From assembly GCF_037042905.1 (NCBI RefSeq), contig NC_087245.1, forward strand, positions 8,682,001 through 8,746,000: a stretch of DNA of 64,000 nt, in the 5' to 3' direction. The position numbers and the translations under genes were made by a program. The stretch comes from Lytechinus pictus. Lineage: Eukaryota. The notes under the pieces were generated by a model. That model was not told the DNA's origin, made no database searches, and worked only from the letters and a program-made list of their open reading frames with translations. This document shows, piece by piece, positions 40,148 to 50,253 of this stretch; positions within the stretch are counted from its first letter, which is position 1, and each line of letters begins with the position of its first letter.

Positions 40148-43100
40148 ATGGCACTGTCAATGCTGACCCTCAACACCGGAGGATGCTCCTCCCAAACTCA
40201 AAATGCCTCCTTCCGAGTTTATGTTGAGCAAATTGCATGCAACCCGCTCGTTGTATTTTTACAGGAAACTTACCACCTTAAAGATAGCAATCCTTGCTGG
40301 AGCAACTGGTCGCATAAACCTTTTTGCTCACCCGGTATTACTCGAGGGTCAGGAGTGTCAACTTTGGTTAATAATTCTCAAGTCGATATTTTATCTACTT
40401 GTATTGTTTTTGATGGCTATATATTGTATAACAAGCTCTCCCATAATAACTGTATTTATCATGTATACAACACACTCATTCCTCAATCTGATGAAATGGC
40501 AATTAAAGCTATTAATGCCCTTAATTGTCATATATCCACCTGTTGCGAAGATAATATTGTGATTGTGGGTGATTTTAATTGCACTGAAAATCCTGCGATT
40601 GATCGTTTGTGCACGCTCACAGAACGCAGACCTAAACTTGTTACGGCTTTGCAAAATGTTCTGAATAAATCTTCTCTTTGTGATGCATGGCGTTTTCTAA
40701 ATCCAAATGAAAAGAAATTCACCTGGCAACGGCACAATCCAGCCAGTGCACAGGGCTTTTCAAAGTCTAGATTAGATCGATTTTATGTACCATCGTGTCT
40801 AGTTTCTTCTATTCATAAGTGTGAAATTATACCTTGTTCCTTATCTGACCACTCTGCAGTTTCTCTAACCTTGAAATTTCCAATACGAGCTAAAGGAAAA
40901 AGTGCATATTGGATTTTTAATAACACTCTTTTGGAAGACGAAAGTTACATTGATATTATTCGTCTTTTTTGGTCAGATTGGCAAAAAGAAAAAAATGACT
41001 TCCCGAATCTTGCATCTTGGTGGGATTTCGGCAAGGTTCATATAAAATCAATTACTCAAATGTATAGCAAAAAAATAGTACAAAGGAAAAGGCAAGCTCT
41101 AATAGAAATTAACAAAGAGATTGATAAACTTCAGAGCGCAAAAGAATCTAGCCAACAAGATAAATATACTCTCGACGAGCATAGAAATGCATTAAACTCG
41201 TTACTGAAAAATGAAGCACGCGGAGCTCTTGTGAGGTCTCGCTTTAAATACACAAATGAAACAGACTCATGCTCCAATTTTTTCTTCAACTTAGAAAAAA
41301 AGAATTCCTTATCAAAAAGTATATCCCGCATTCGGCTCGCTTCGGGACGTATTTCGGAGAACCCTTCTGAGATAAAAAATCATGTTCGGGAATTTTATGA
41401 ATCTCTTTACACTCGAAAGCCAACTGACAAGAGCGCCATCAATAGTTTACTTGTAAATATCAAGACGCTTGATCCGTCCTTATCAAAGGACCTTGAGAAT
41501 CCAATATCTGTAGAAGAACTTGATAATGCTGTCAAGCAGCTAGGCAAAAATAAGTCTCCTGGTATCGATGGACTTACCTCTGAATTTTATCATGTCTTTT
41601 GGCCCATGCTCAAAGATGATTTTCTCGAAGTTCTTACCTCCTCTCTTGAATCTGGATTTTTACCATACTCTTTTAGGAGGGCGGTCATTACTTTACTCCC
41701 CAAAAAAGGAGACCTCGCTGATATTTCAAATTGGCGTCCCGTCTCCCTCCTCAACACAGACTATAAAATTTTTGCTAGGCTGCTTGCCAGTAGGCTAAAA
41801 TCATGCATTGACCATGTTATTGGAAGAGACCAAAGTTATTGTATCCCCGGTCGTTCTATTTATGACAACATTAATCTCATTAGAGATATTTTGTTCTATG
41901 CAAACACTGATAATATTTCTTTGGCTGTATTGAACTTGGACCAGAAAAAGGCATTTGATAATGTAGATCATGTTTATTTATTCAATGTTATGAAACGCAT
42001 GGGCTTTGGAAGTCATTTTATATCTTATATACAAATTCTGTATGAAGGGGCTGAAAGCCTTATTAAAGTGTGTGGATCCCTGACAGCTCCCTTCCCCTTT
42101 GAGAAAGGAATACGACAGGGATGCCCTCTATCAGGGTTGCTATATACTCTCGCCATTGAGCCTCTCCTGAACTCACTAAGAGAGAACGTGTCAAATCATG
42201 CATTAAATATCCCTGCAATTAACAAACGTTGTGTAGTATCTGCATATGCAGACGATGTATCGATATTTGTTACAGCCGATGCTGGCTTTGAATTAGTTGA
42301 ACAAACTTACAATATGTTTAGTCTGGCCTCTGCTGCATGTTTAAATACAAAAAAATCACAAGGCCTTTGGGTCGGCCGTTGGAAAGGGCGGAATGATAAA
42401 CCCCTCAACTTTTCTTGGAATAGTGAAGGTCTCCCTTTTTTAGGAGTTCATTTAGGGAACACCTTTAATTATTCTAAACAAAACTGGATTAAATGTAAAG
42501 AAAGACTTAATAAGACTTTCATTTCGTGGTCTCGTTTATCGACCTCACTCTCATTTAAAGGCAAGGTATTGATTGCAAACCAGCTCGCTGCATCAAAAAT
42601 ATTTCATGTTCTTGCAGTTCTTTCTCCTCCTGAAAATGTATTAAACGAACTTCAGAATTTAATTGTGAATTTTATCTGGTCAAATAAGCGGCACTGGTTA
42701 AAGAAAGAAGTGTTGTATGAAAAACCTGACGAAGGAGGGCTGGGGCTAGCTTGTCTCCAAGCTCGTGTTCTAACTTACAGATTTTCGATTATTCAACGGT
42801 TTCTTTCGTTAAATTCTCATCCAGTAAATGACTTTATGGCTCATTTTCTGAGACAGTATTGTAAATTAGGATTTGATTACCATTTGTTCTTTACAAGAAT
42901 TGATCCTAAGTTTTACACAAGTCTTCCAGTTTACTATAGTGAAGTTCTGCGAGCTTGGTTGACATCTGGAGCTCGAATTGTGACACAATCCCTCTCTTTC
43001 AGCCATGCAATTAACATGCCCTTAAGTAGTTTTCATATTATTGATGCAATTGATGTTGATAATTTTTTTCCGACGCGCCTGATGGCATGCGGAGTGAAAC

Positions 43101-44005
43101 TAGTTCGCCATTTGATAAACCACTCAACCGGTCTTTGGATTGAGAGTAGCTGTCTCCAAAAGAACTTTCCAAGAGGACTTCGACAACCATCATCGCGTCT
43201 CATCGAACGTGAAACATTACTCATTCGAACTGCACTCTCTAAAGTTTTTCCTACATATTTTAATGACTCAGGCTGTCAACACGAATACTCTGATTTATTG
43301 TCTGTTCCAGTAACTCCGATCAACTTCACTCTGGCTTCTTCCGAAAATGGACTTACTGCTTCTTCTAAAGCCATCTACACAATCTACAGGAAAGAACTAG
43401 ATAACACGACAATCTCATCAAGCTCACATTGGCATGATACTGGATTTCTCGATCCATCTACAAAAGTGAACTGGCTATCTATCTATCAACTACCAACACC
43501 TAAAAAAGAGGCTGATATTCAATACAAACTCCTTCACAATATTTTACCGTCGCTCACTGTACTCCATCATCTTAATACAGACATTTCTTCTTTTTGCGGA
43601 TGGTGCGGAGAAGCAGGAACCATTCAACATCTGTTCATCGAATGTAAAGGAATTCAACCCCCTCTCAATCTTCTTCATAGACTGTTGAACAATCTCCTCC
43701 CCTCTCTCAAACTTAATTTTGACCTGTACTGGGCACTCATTCCGCATGCCAGAGGGCGTGACAGAAAGATTATCCGCCTTGCTAACTTCCTTATTATTAG
43801 TTTAAAAAGTACAATTTATTTTATGTACCGTACCTCAAATTTCACCGATCCACTTATAATTTGGTTACATCGTCTCAAAAACAGAATACTCTATGAATTT
43901 ACTTATTACAAATTATGTTCTAATATTGATGCTTTTTCACGTAAATGGTGTATGAATAGATTACTTTTTACAATTAACGAGGGCAGCATTGCATGGCTCA
44001 TTTAA
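40148..44005 (+). CDS. Tx1 ORF2p: APE endonuclease + reverse transcriptase + C-terminal zinc finger, 1285 aa
   Basis: APE motifs TLN, LQET, GDFN, SRLD, SDH; RT motifs KSPGIDGL, WRPVSLLNTDYK, LDQKKAFD, GIRQGCPLS, YADD; C-terminal CGWCGEAGTIQHLFIEC. Confidence 0.97.
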   Translation: MALSMLTLNTGGCSSQTQNASFRVYVEQIACNPLVVFLQETYHLKDSNPCWSNWSHKPFCSPGITRGSGVSTLVNNSQVDILSTCIVFDGYILYNKLSHNNCIYHVYNTLIPQSDEMAIKAINALNCHISTCCEDNIVIVGDFNCTENPAIDRLCTLTERRPKLVTALQNVLNKSSLCDAWRFLNPNEKKFTWQRHNPASAQGFSKSRLDRFYVPSCLVSSIHKCEIIPCSLSDHSAVSLTLKFPIRAKGKSAYWIFNNTLLEDESYIDIIRLFWSDWQKEKNDFPNLASWWDFGKVHIKSITQMYSKKIVQRKRQALIEINKEIDKLQSAKESSQQDKYTLDEHRNALNSLLKNEARGALVRSRFKYTNETDSCSNFFFNLEKKNSLSKSISRIRLASGRISENPSEIKNHVREFYESLYTRKPTDKSAINSLLVNIKTLDPSLSKDLENPISVEELDNAVKQLGKNKSPGIDGLTSEFYHVFWPMLKDDFLEVLTSSLESGFLPYSFRRAVITLLPKKGDLADISNWRPVSLLNTDYKIFARLLASRLKSCIDHVIGRDQSYCIPGRSIYDNINLIRDILFYANTDNISLAVLNLDQKKAFDNVDHVYLFNVMKRMGFGSHFISYIQILYEGAESLIKVCGSLTAPFPFEKGIRQGCPLSGLLYTLAIEPLLNSLRENVSNHALNIPAINKRCVVSAYADDVSIFVTADAGFELVEQTYNMFSLASAACLNTKKSQGLWVGRWKGRNDKPLNFSWNSEGLPFLGVHLGNTFNYSKQNWIKCKERLNKTFISWSRLSTSLSFKGKVLIANQLAASKIFHVLAVLSPPENVLNELQNLIVNFIWSNKRHWLKKEVLYEKPDEGGLGLACLQARVLTYRFSIIQRFLSLNSHPVNDFMAHFLRQYCKLGFDYHLFFTRIDPKFYTSLPVYYSEVLRAWLTSGARIVTQSLSFSHAINMPLSSFHIIDAIDVDNFFPTRLMACGVKLVRHLINHSTGLWIESSCLQKNFPRGLRQPSSRLIERETLLIRTALSKVFPTYFNDSGCQHEYSDLLSVPVTPINFTLASSENGLTASSKAIYTIYRKELDNTTISSSSHWHDTGFLDPSTKVNWLSIYQLPTPKKEADIQYKLLHNILPSLTVLHHLNTDISSFCGWCGEAGTIQHLFIECKGIQPPLNLLHRLLNNLLPSLKLNFDLYWALIPHARGRDRKIIRLANFLIISLKSTIYFMYRTSNFTDPLIIWLHRLKNRILYEFTYYKLCSNIDAFSRKWCMNRLLFTINEGSIAWLI

Positions 44006-44144
44006 ACATTTGATTTTATAACTCTGTGCTTGTAATCAACCTGATCTCATTTGAATGTTTATGTCAAACTATTCTTTTATTATATACCTGACTTTTGTGA
44101 TTATAATTTGTAAATAAAGTTTTCATTTGAAAAGTCAAAAAAAG

Positions 44145-44192
<48 letters not shown>

Positions 44193-44403
44193 TCGTGAGG
44201 TAGTTGTGTTTTTTTCGAGCTCCGGTTTTTCTGGTTTTTCACTGATTTATATGACCATTTGGTCCTTGATTTTTGTACCATTACAATTGTGTTGGGTTAT
44301 AGATTGATATAGTCTCGATTCTCCTTCGTCAGGTTTACCAATTTTAGTGTTTTTTAAACACATTTTCTGTTGTTTTTTGTAAGGTTTCTAGACTGGTTCG
44401 TAC

Positions 44404-45948
44404 ATGGCCAGTCAAGCAAACCAACGTAGTGTACAGGGCCAGCGTACCACAAGTGCAGCTGGCCCTTTGTTAAACAATGTAGGACATTTTAAAAATGTCA
44501 CCCGTCACAATGGTGTAAGCTTTCAAGCTATTGAAAATGTAACGATACAATCTTATATCAATGTCTTTACTACAACTATACCCCCTAATGACGTAATATC
44601 TGCCTCTCGCATCTCTAATGGTCGCATAGCTGTGTATCTAAAATCAAAAGAAGCTGTTATCAATGCTGTACAAAAAGGCCTTGAGTATGAGGGGGCCTTT
44701 CTTGAACTAACCCCCCTTGTACGGCCCACTACTCGAGTCATTTTATCTAATGTATACCCAGAACTACCGAATTCTGTCTTGACTGAAAATCTAGCACCTT
44801 TTTGCAAAGTTGTGTCCGACTGCAAACCAATACCTCTAGGATTTAAAGACAAACGTCTAAACCATATTATGAGTTTTAGAAGGCACGTTCAAGTGTTAGT
44901 GAAACCTAACACAACACTTCCAGATAACATTAATTTCGTGTTTTCAGGTATGAACTATCGTGTTTTTATTTCAACTGAGTCAGTCAGATGTTTTAACTGT
45001 GGTGAATTTGGTCATATTTCCCGCAATTGTAAGAAACCTCAAACAAGCACAAATACTAATCAGTCAAAGACAAACGCTGCCCCAGTTTCAAATGACACGA
45101 GAGTGCGCCAGCGCGGATCCTCCCCGCCCCTCACTACGGTTTCGGACCCCATGCCACCATCACCTCCCCCCTTGGCGGCAACTACAATGCCCCCACCTGT
45201 ACCCACCTCCTCTGATTTCCCTAGTTTACCACCTCGTGATTGTGGGCCCCTTTCTACCTCAGCCACCCCCTCGCGCATCAGGAAGCCTCAATCCTCCCCA
45301 CTGCACATACCTCTGACATCACCTGCTCAGCCGTCCAGCAATTCAACTACCACGCCCATAGTCGTGTCCTCCAAGTCCCCTCCCCCCAAATCTATTTCTG
45401 CGTGCCCTTCGCCTGTGTGGAAAACTCCCCCATCACCTGTCCGAACTTTCTCTGAAGTTGTTTCAAAACGTAAGCAACTAACACCCGAATCAAACGAAAA
45501 CAATACTACTCTTACTACACTGAAGGCCCCCTCTCCTCTTCGGAAAGTGGCCAGGAAAGCTCCCTCCTCCCAAACCGAAACCGTAGACTCTCCAACCTTA
45601 ACGCAAGTCCTTGACTCCCAAACCCCCAATATCCCTCCTACCCCATCCTCCACAGTTGGAGATTCATCTACCGACACTGACTCCATGACTTGGGAAGATG
45701 CCCAAACGGATGAAGATGTCCCGAAGGAAGATGCACTCCCATTGACTCAAGGCCCCCTCTCCCAAGGCCAAATTGTGAAATTTCTGTCAAACGTAAAAGG
45801 GCGGAAAAAGCCTGCCCAGATTGCACGGAAATATACATCAAATATTCCAGGGCTAGTTAAACAATTAAAGCCCCTGAAAAACAGCCCCCTAGTAAAACGT
45901 AACATGCAGCAGAGGATATACAAATTGATCAGCACTCTGGAGAGCTAA
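44404..45948 (+). CDS. Tx1 ORF1p, copy 2, intact 514 aa
   Basis: Differs from copy 1 at two residues (IPAN->IPPN, VQML->VQVL). Confidence 0.92.
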   Translation: MASQANQRSVQGQRTTSAAGPLLNNVGHFKNVTRHNGVSFQAIENVTIQSYINVFTTTIPPNDVISASRISNGRIAVYLKSKEAVINAVQKGLEYEGAFLELTPLVRPTTRVILSNVYPELPNSVLTENLAPFCKVVSDCKPIPLGFKDKRLNHIMSFRRHVQVLVKPNTTLPDNINFVFSGMNYRVFISTESVRCFNCGEFGHISRNCKKPQTSTNTNQSKTNAAPVSNDTRVRQRGSSPPLTTVSDPMPPSPPPLAATTMPPPVPTSSDFPSLPPRDCGPLSTSATPSRIRKPQSSPLHIPLTSPAQPSSNSTTTPIVVSSKSPPPKSISACPSPVWKTPPSPVRTFSEVVSKRKQLTPESNENNTTLTTLKAPSPLRKVARKAPSSQTETVDSPTLTQVLDSQTPNIPPTPSSTVGDSSTDTDSMTWEDAQTDEDVPKEDALPLTQGPLSQGQIVKFLSNVKGRKKPAQIARKYTSNIPGLVKQLKPLKNSPLVKRNMQQRIYKLISTLES

Positions 45949-46002
45949 TTCCTTTTTACCTTCTCTCCATTCATTACGTACGCTCAAGTTGCTATAGCCA
46001 TA

Positions 46003-49000
46003 ATGGCACTGTCAATGCTGACCCTCAACACCGGAGGATGCTCCTCCCAAACTCAAAATGCCTCCTTCCGAGTTTATGTTGAGCAAATTGCATGCAACCC
46101 GCTCGTTGTATTTTTACAGGAAACTTACCACCTTAAAGATAGCAATCCTTGCTGGAGCAACTGGTCGCATAAACCTTTTTGCTCACCCGGTATTACTCGA
46201 GGGTCAGGAGTGACAACTTTGGTTAATAATTCTCAAGTCGATATTTTATCTACTTGTATTGTTTTTGATGGCTATATATTGTATAACAAGCTCTCCCATA
46301 ATAACTGTATTTATCATGTATACAACACACTCATTCCTCAATCTGATGAAATGGCAATTAAAGCTATTAATGCCCTTAATTGTCATATATCCACCTGTTG
46401 CGAAGATAATATTGTGATTGTGGGTGATTTTAATTGCACTGAAAATCCTGCGATTGATCGTTTGTGCACGCTCACAGAACGCAGACCTAAACTTGTTACG
46501 GCTTTGCAAAATGTTCTGAATAAATCTTCTCTTTGTGATGCATGGCGTTTTCTAAATCCAAATGAAAAGAAATTCACCTGGCAACGGCACAATCCAGCCA
46601 GTGCACAGGGCTTTTCAAAATCTAGATTAGATCGATTTTATGTACCATCGTTTCTAGTTTCTTCTATTCATAAGTGTGAAATTATACCTTGTTCCTTATC
46701 TGACCACTCTGCAGTTTCTCTAACCTTGAAATTTCCAATACGAGCTAAAGGAAAAAGTGCATATTGGATTTTTAATAACACTCTTTTGGAAGACGAAAGT
46801 TACATTGATATTATTCGTCTTTTTTGGTCAGATTGGCAAAAAGAAAAAAATGACTTCCCGAATCTTGCATCTTGGTGGGATTTCGGCAAGGTTCATATAA
46901 AATCAATTACTCAAATGTATAGCAAAAAAATAGTACAAAGGAAAAGGCAAGCTCTAATAGAAATTAACAAAGAGATTGATAAACTTCAGAGCGCAAAAGA
47001 ATCTAGCCAACAAGATAAATATACTCTCGACGAGCATAGAAATGCATTAAACTCGTTACTGAAAAATGAAGCACGCGGAGCTCTTGTGAGGTCTCGCTTT
47101 AAATACACAAATGAAACAGACTCATGCTCCAATTTTTTCTTCAACTTAGAAAAAAAGAATTCCTTATCAAAAAGTATATCCCGCATTCGGCTCGCTTCGG
47201 GACGTATTTCGGAGAACCCTTCTGAGATAAAAAATCATGTTCGGGAATTTTATGAATCTCTTTACACTCGAAAGCCAACTGACAAGAGCGCCATCAATAG
47301 TTTACTTGTAAATATCAAGACGCTTGATCCGTCCTTATCAAAGGACCTTGAGAATCCAATATCTGTAGAAGAACTTGATAATGCTGTCAAGCAGCTAGGC
47401 AAAAATAAGTCTCCTGGTATCGATGGACTTACCTCTGAATTTTATCATGTCTTTTGGCCCATGCTCAAAGATGAATTTCTCGAAGTTCTTACCTCCTCTC
47501 TTAAATCTGGATTTTTACCATACTCTTTTAGGAGGGCGGTCATTACTTTACTCCCCAAAAAAGGAGACCTCGCTGATATTTCAAATTGGCGTCCCGTCTC
47601 CCTCCTCAACACAGACTATAAAATTTTTGCTAGGCTGCTTGCCAGTAGGCTAAAATCATGCATTGACCATGTTATTGGAAGAGACCAAAGTTATTGTATC
47701 CCCGGTCGTTCTATTTATGACAACATTAATCTCATTAGAGATATTTTGTTCTATGCAAACACTGATAATATTTCTTTGGCTGTATTGAACTTGGACCAGA
47801 AAAAGGCATTTGATAATGTAGATCATGTTTATTTATTCAATGTTATGAAACGCATGGGCTTTGGAAGTCATTTTATATCTTATATACAAATTCTGTATGA
47901 AGGGGCTGAAAGCCTTATTAAAGTGTGTGGATCCCTGACAGCTCCCTTCCCCTTTGAGAAAGGAATACGACAGGGATGCCCTCTATCAGGGTTGCTATAT
48001 ACTCTCGCCATTGAGCCTCTCCTGAACTCACTAAGAGAGAACGTGTCAAATCATGCATTAAATATCCCTGCTATTAACAAACGTTGTGTAGTATCTGCAT
48101 ATGCAGACGATGTATCGATATTTGTTACAGCCGATGCTGGCTTTGAATTAGTTGAACAAACTTACAATATGTTTAGTCTGGCCTCTGCTGCATGTTTAAA
48201 TACAAAAAAATCACAAGGCCTTTGGGTCGGCCGTTGGAAAGGGCGGAATGATAAACCCCTCAACTTTTCTTGGAATAGTGAAGGTCTCCCTTTTTTAGGA
48301 GTTCATTTAGGGAACACCTTTAATTATTCTAAACAAAACTGGATTAAATGTAAAGAAAGACTTAATAAGACTTTCATTTCGTGGTCTCGTTTATCGAACT
48401 CACTCTCATTTAAAGGCAAGGTATTGATTGCAAACCAGCTCGCTGCATCAAAAATATTTCATGTTCTTGCAGTTCTTTCTCCTCCTGAAAATGTATTAAA
48501 CGAACTTCAGAATTTAATTGTGAATTTTATCTGGTCAAATAAGCGGCACTGGTTAAAGAAAGAAGTGTTGTATGAAAAACCTGACGAAGGAGGGCTGGGG
48601 CTAGCTTGTCTCCAAGCTCGTGTTCTAACTTACAGATTTTCGATTATTCAACGGTTTCTTTCGTTAAATTCTCATCCAGTAAATGACTTTATGGCTCATT
48701 TTCTGAGACAGTATTGTAAATTAGGATTTGATTACCATTTGTTCTTTACAAGAATTGATCCTAAGTTTTACACAAGTCTTCCAGTTTACTATAGTGAAGT
48801 TCTGCGAGCTTGGTTGACATCTGGAGCTCGAATTGTGACACAATCCCTCTCTTTCAGCCATGCAATTAACATGCCCTTAAGTAGTTTTCATATTATTGAT
48901 GCAATTGATGTTGATAATTTTTTTCCGACGCGCCTGATGGCATGCGGAGTGAAACTAGTTCGCCATTTGATAAACCACTCAACCGGTCTTTGGATTGAGA

Positions 49001-49860
49001 GTAGCTGTCTCCAAAAGAACTTTCCAAGAGGACTTCGACAACCATCATCGCGTCTCATCGAACGTGAAACATTACTCATTCGAACTGCACTCTCTAAAGT
49101 TTTTCCTACATATTTTAATGACTCAGGCTGTCAACACGAATACTCTGATTTATTGTCTGTTCCAGTAACTCCGATCAACTTCACTCTGGCTTCTTCCGAA
49201 AATGGACTTACTGCTTCTTCTAAAGCCATCTACACAATCTACAGGAAAGAACTAGATAACACGACAATCTCATCAAGCTCACATTGGCATGATACTGGAT
49301 TTCTCGATCCATCTACAAAAGTGAACTGGCTATCTATCTATCAACTACCAACACCTAAAAAAGAGGCTGATATTCAATACAAACTCCTTCACAATATTTT
49401 ACCGTCGCTCACTGTACTCCATCATCTTAATACAGACATTTCTTCTTTTTGCGGATGGTGCGGAGAAGCAGGAACCATTCAACATCTGTTCATCGAATGT
49501 AAAGGAATTCAACCCCCTCTCAATCTTCTTCATAGACTGTTGAACAATCTCCTCCCCTCTCTCAAACTTAATTTTGACCTGTACTGGGCACTCATTCCGC
49601 ATGCCAGAGGGCGTGACAGAAAGATTATCCGCCTTGCTAATTTCCTTATTATTAGTTTAAAAAGTACAATTTATTTTATGTACCGTACCTCAAATTTCAC
49701 CGATCCACTTATAATTTGGTTACATCGTCTCAAAAACAGAATACTCTATGAATTTACTTACTACAAATTATGTTCTAATATTGATGCTTTTTCACGTAAA
49801 TGGTGTATGAATAGATTACTTTTTACAATTAACGAGGGCAGCATTGCATGGCTCATTTAA
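46003..49860 (+). CDS. Tx1 ORF2p, copy 2, intact 1285 aa
   Basis: About five amino-acid differences from copy 1; all catalytic motifs retained. Confidence 0.97.
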   Translation: MALSMLTLNTGGCSSQTQNASFRVYVEQIACNPLVVFLQETYHLKDSNPCWSNWSHKPFCSPGITRGSGVTTLVNNSQVDILSTCIVFDGYILYNKLSHNNCIYHVYNTLIPQSDEMAIKAINALNCHISTCCEDNIVIVGDFNCTENPAIDRLCTLTERRPKLVTALQNVLNKSSLCDAWRFLNPNEKKFTWQRHNPASAQGFSKSRLDRFYVPSFLVSSIHKCEIIPCSLSDHSAVSLTLKFPIRAKGKSAYWIFNNTLLEDESYIDIIRLFWSDWQKEKNDFPNLASWWDFGKVHIKSITQMYSKKIVQRKRQALIEINKEIDKLQSAKESSQQDKYTLDEHRNALNSLLKNEARGALVRSRFKYTNETDSCSNFFFNLEKKNSLSKSISRIRLASGRISENPSEIKNHVREFYESLYTRKPTDKSAINSLLVNIKTLDPSLSKDLENPISVEELDNAVKQLGKNKSPGIDGLTSEFYHVFWPMLKDEFLEVLTSSLKSGFLPYSFRRAVITLLPKKGDLADISNWRPVSLLNTDYKIFARLLASRLKSCIDHVIGRDQSYCIPGRSIYDNINLIRDILFYANTDNISLAVLNLDQKKAFDNVDHVYLFNVMKRMGFGSHFISYIQILYEGAESLIKVCGSLTAPFPFEKGIRQGCPLSGLLYTLAIEPLLNSLRENVSNHALNIPAINKRCVVSAYADDVSIFVTADAGFELVEQTYNMFSLASAACLNTKKSQGLWVGRWKGRNDKPLNFSWNSEGLPFLGVHLGNTFNYSKQNWIKCKERLNKTFISWSRLSNSLSFKGKVLIANQLAASKIFHVLAVLSPPENVLNELQNLIVNFIWSNKRHWLKKEVLYEKPDEGGLGLACLQARVLTYRFSIIQRFLSLNSHPVNDFMAHFLRQYCKLGFDYHLFFTRIDPKFYTSLPVYYSEVLRAWLTSGARIVTQSLSFSHAINMPLSSFHIIDAIDVDNFFPTRLMACGVKLVRHLINHSTGLWIESSCLQKNFPRGLRQPSSRLIERETLLIRTALSKVFPTYFNDSGCQHEYSDLLSVPVTPINFTLASSENGLTASSKAIYTIYRKELDNTTISSSSHWHDTGFLDPSTKVNWLSIYQLPTPKKEADIQYKLLHNILPSLTVLHHLNTDISSFCGWCGEAGTIQHLFIECKGIQPPLNLLHRLLNNLLPSLKLNFDLYWALIPHARGRDRKIIRLANFLIISLKSTIYFMYRTSNFTDPLIIWLHRLKNRILYEFTYYKLCSNIDAFSRKWCMNRLLFTINEGSIAWLI

Positions 49861-49998
49861 ACATTTGATTTTATAACTCTGTGCTTGTAATCAACCTGAT
49901 CTCATTTGAATGTTTATGTCAAACTATTCTTTTATTATATACCTGACTTTTGTGATTATAATTTGTAAATAAAGTTTTCATTTGAAAAGTCAAAAAAG

Positions 49999-50042
<44 letters not shown>

Positions 50043-50253
50043 TCGTGAGGTGGTTGTGTTTTTTTCGAGCTCCGGTTTTTCTGGTTTTTCGCTGATTTGT
50101 GTGACCATTTGGTCCTTGATTTTTGTACCATTGCGGTTGTGTTGGGTTATAGATTGATGTGGTCTCGATCCTCCTTCGTCGGGTTTGCCAGTTTTGGTGT
50201 TTTTTGGACACATTTTCTGTTATTTTTTGTGAGGTTTCTGGACTGGTTCGTGC

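Larger units (their letters stand above)
38340..44144 (+). mobile_element. Tx1-clade non-LTR retrotransposon, full-length copy 1
   Basis: Starts GTGAGGTAG right after (TTTC)n; 209-nt 5'UTR, ORF1, 54-nt spacer, ORF2, 3'UTR with AATAAA (44113-44118), ends AAAAGTC-A7-G then TC(TTTC)12. Boundaries defined by alignment to the two other copies. Confidence 0.95.
44195..49998 (+). mobile_element. Tx1-clade non-LTR retrotransposon, full-length copy 2
   Basis: Same termini as copy 1 at offset 5855, only a handful of substitutions; ends A6-G then TC(TTTC)11. Confidence 0.95.

Noticed and set aside
38698..43747. Short antisense and alternate-frame ORFs within the Tx1 copies
   Set aside because: Shadow ORFs of ORF1/ORF2, repeated only because the element is repeated; no recognisable motifs.
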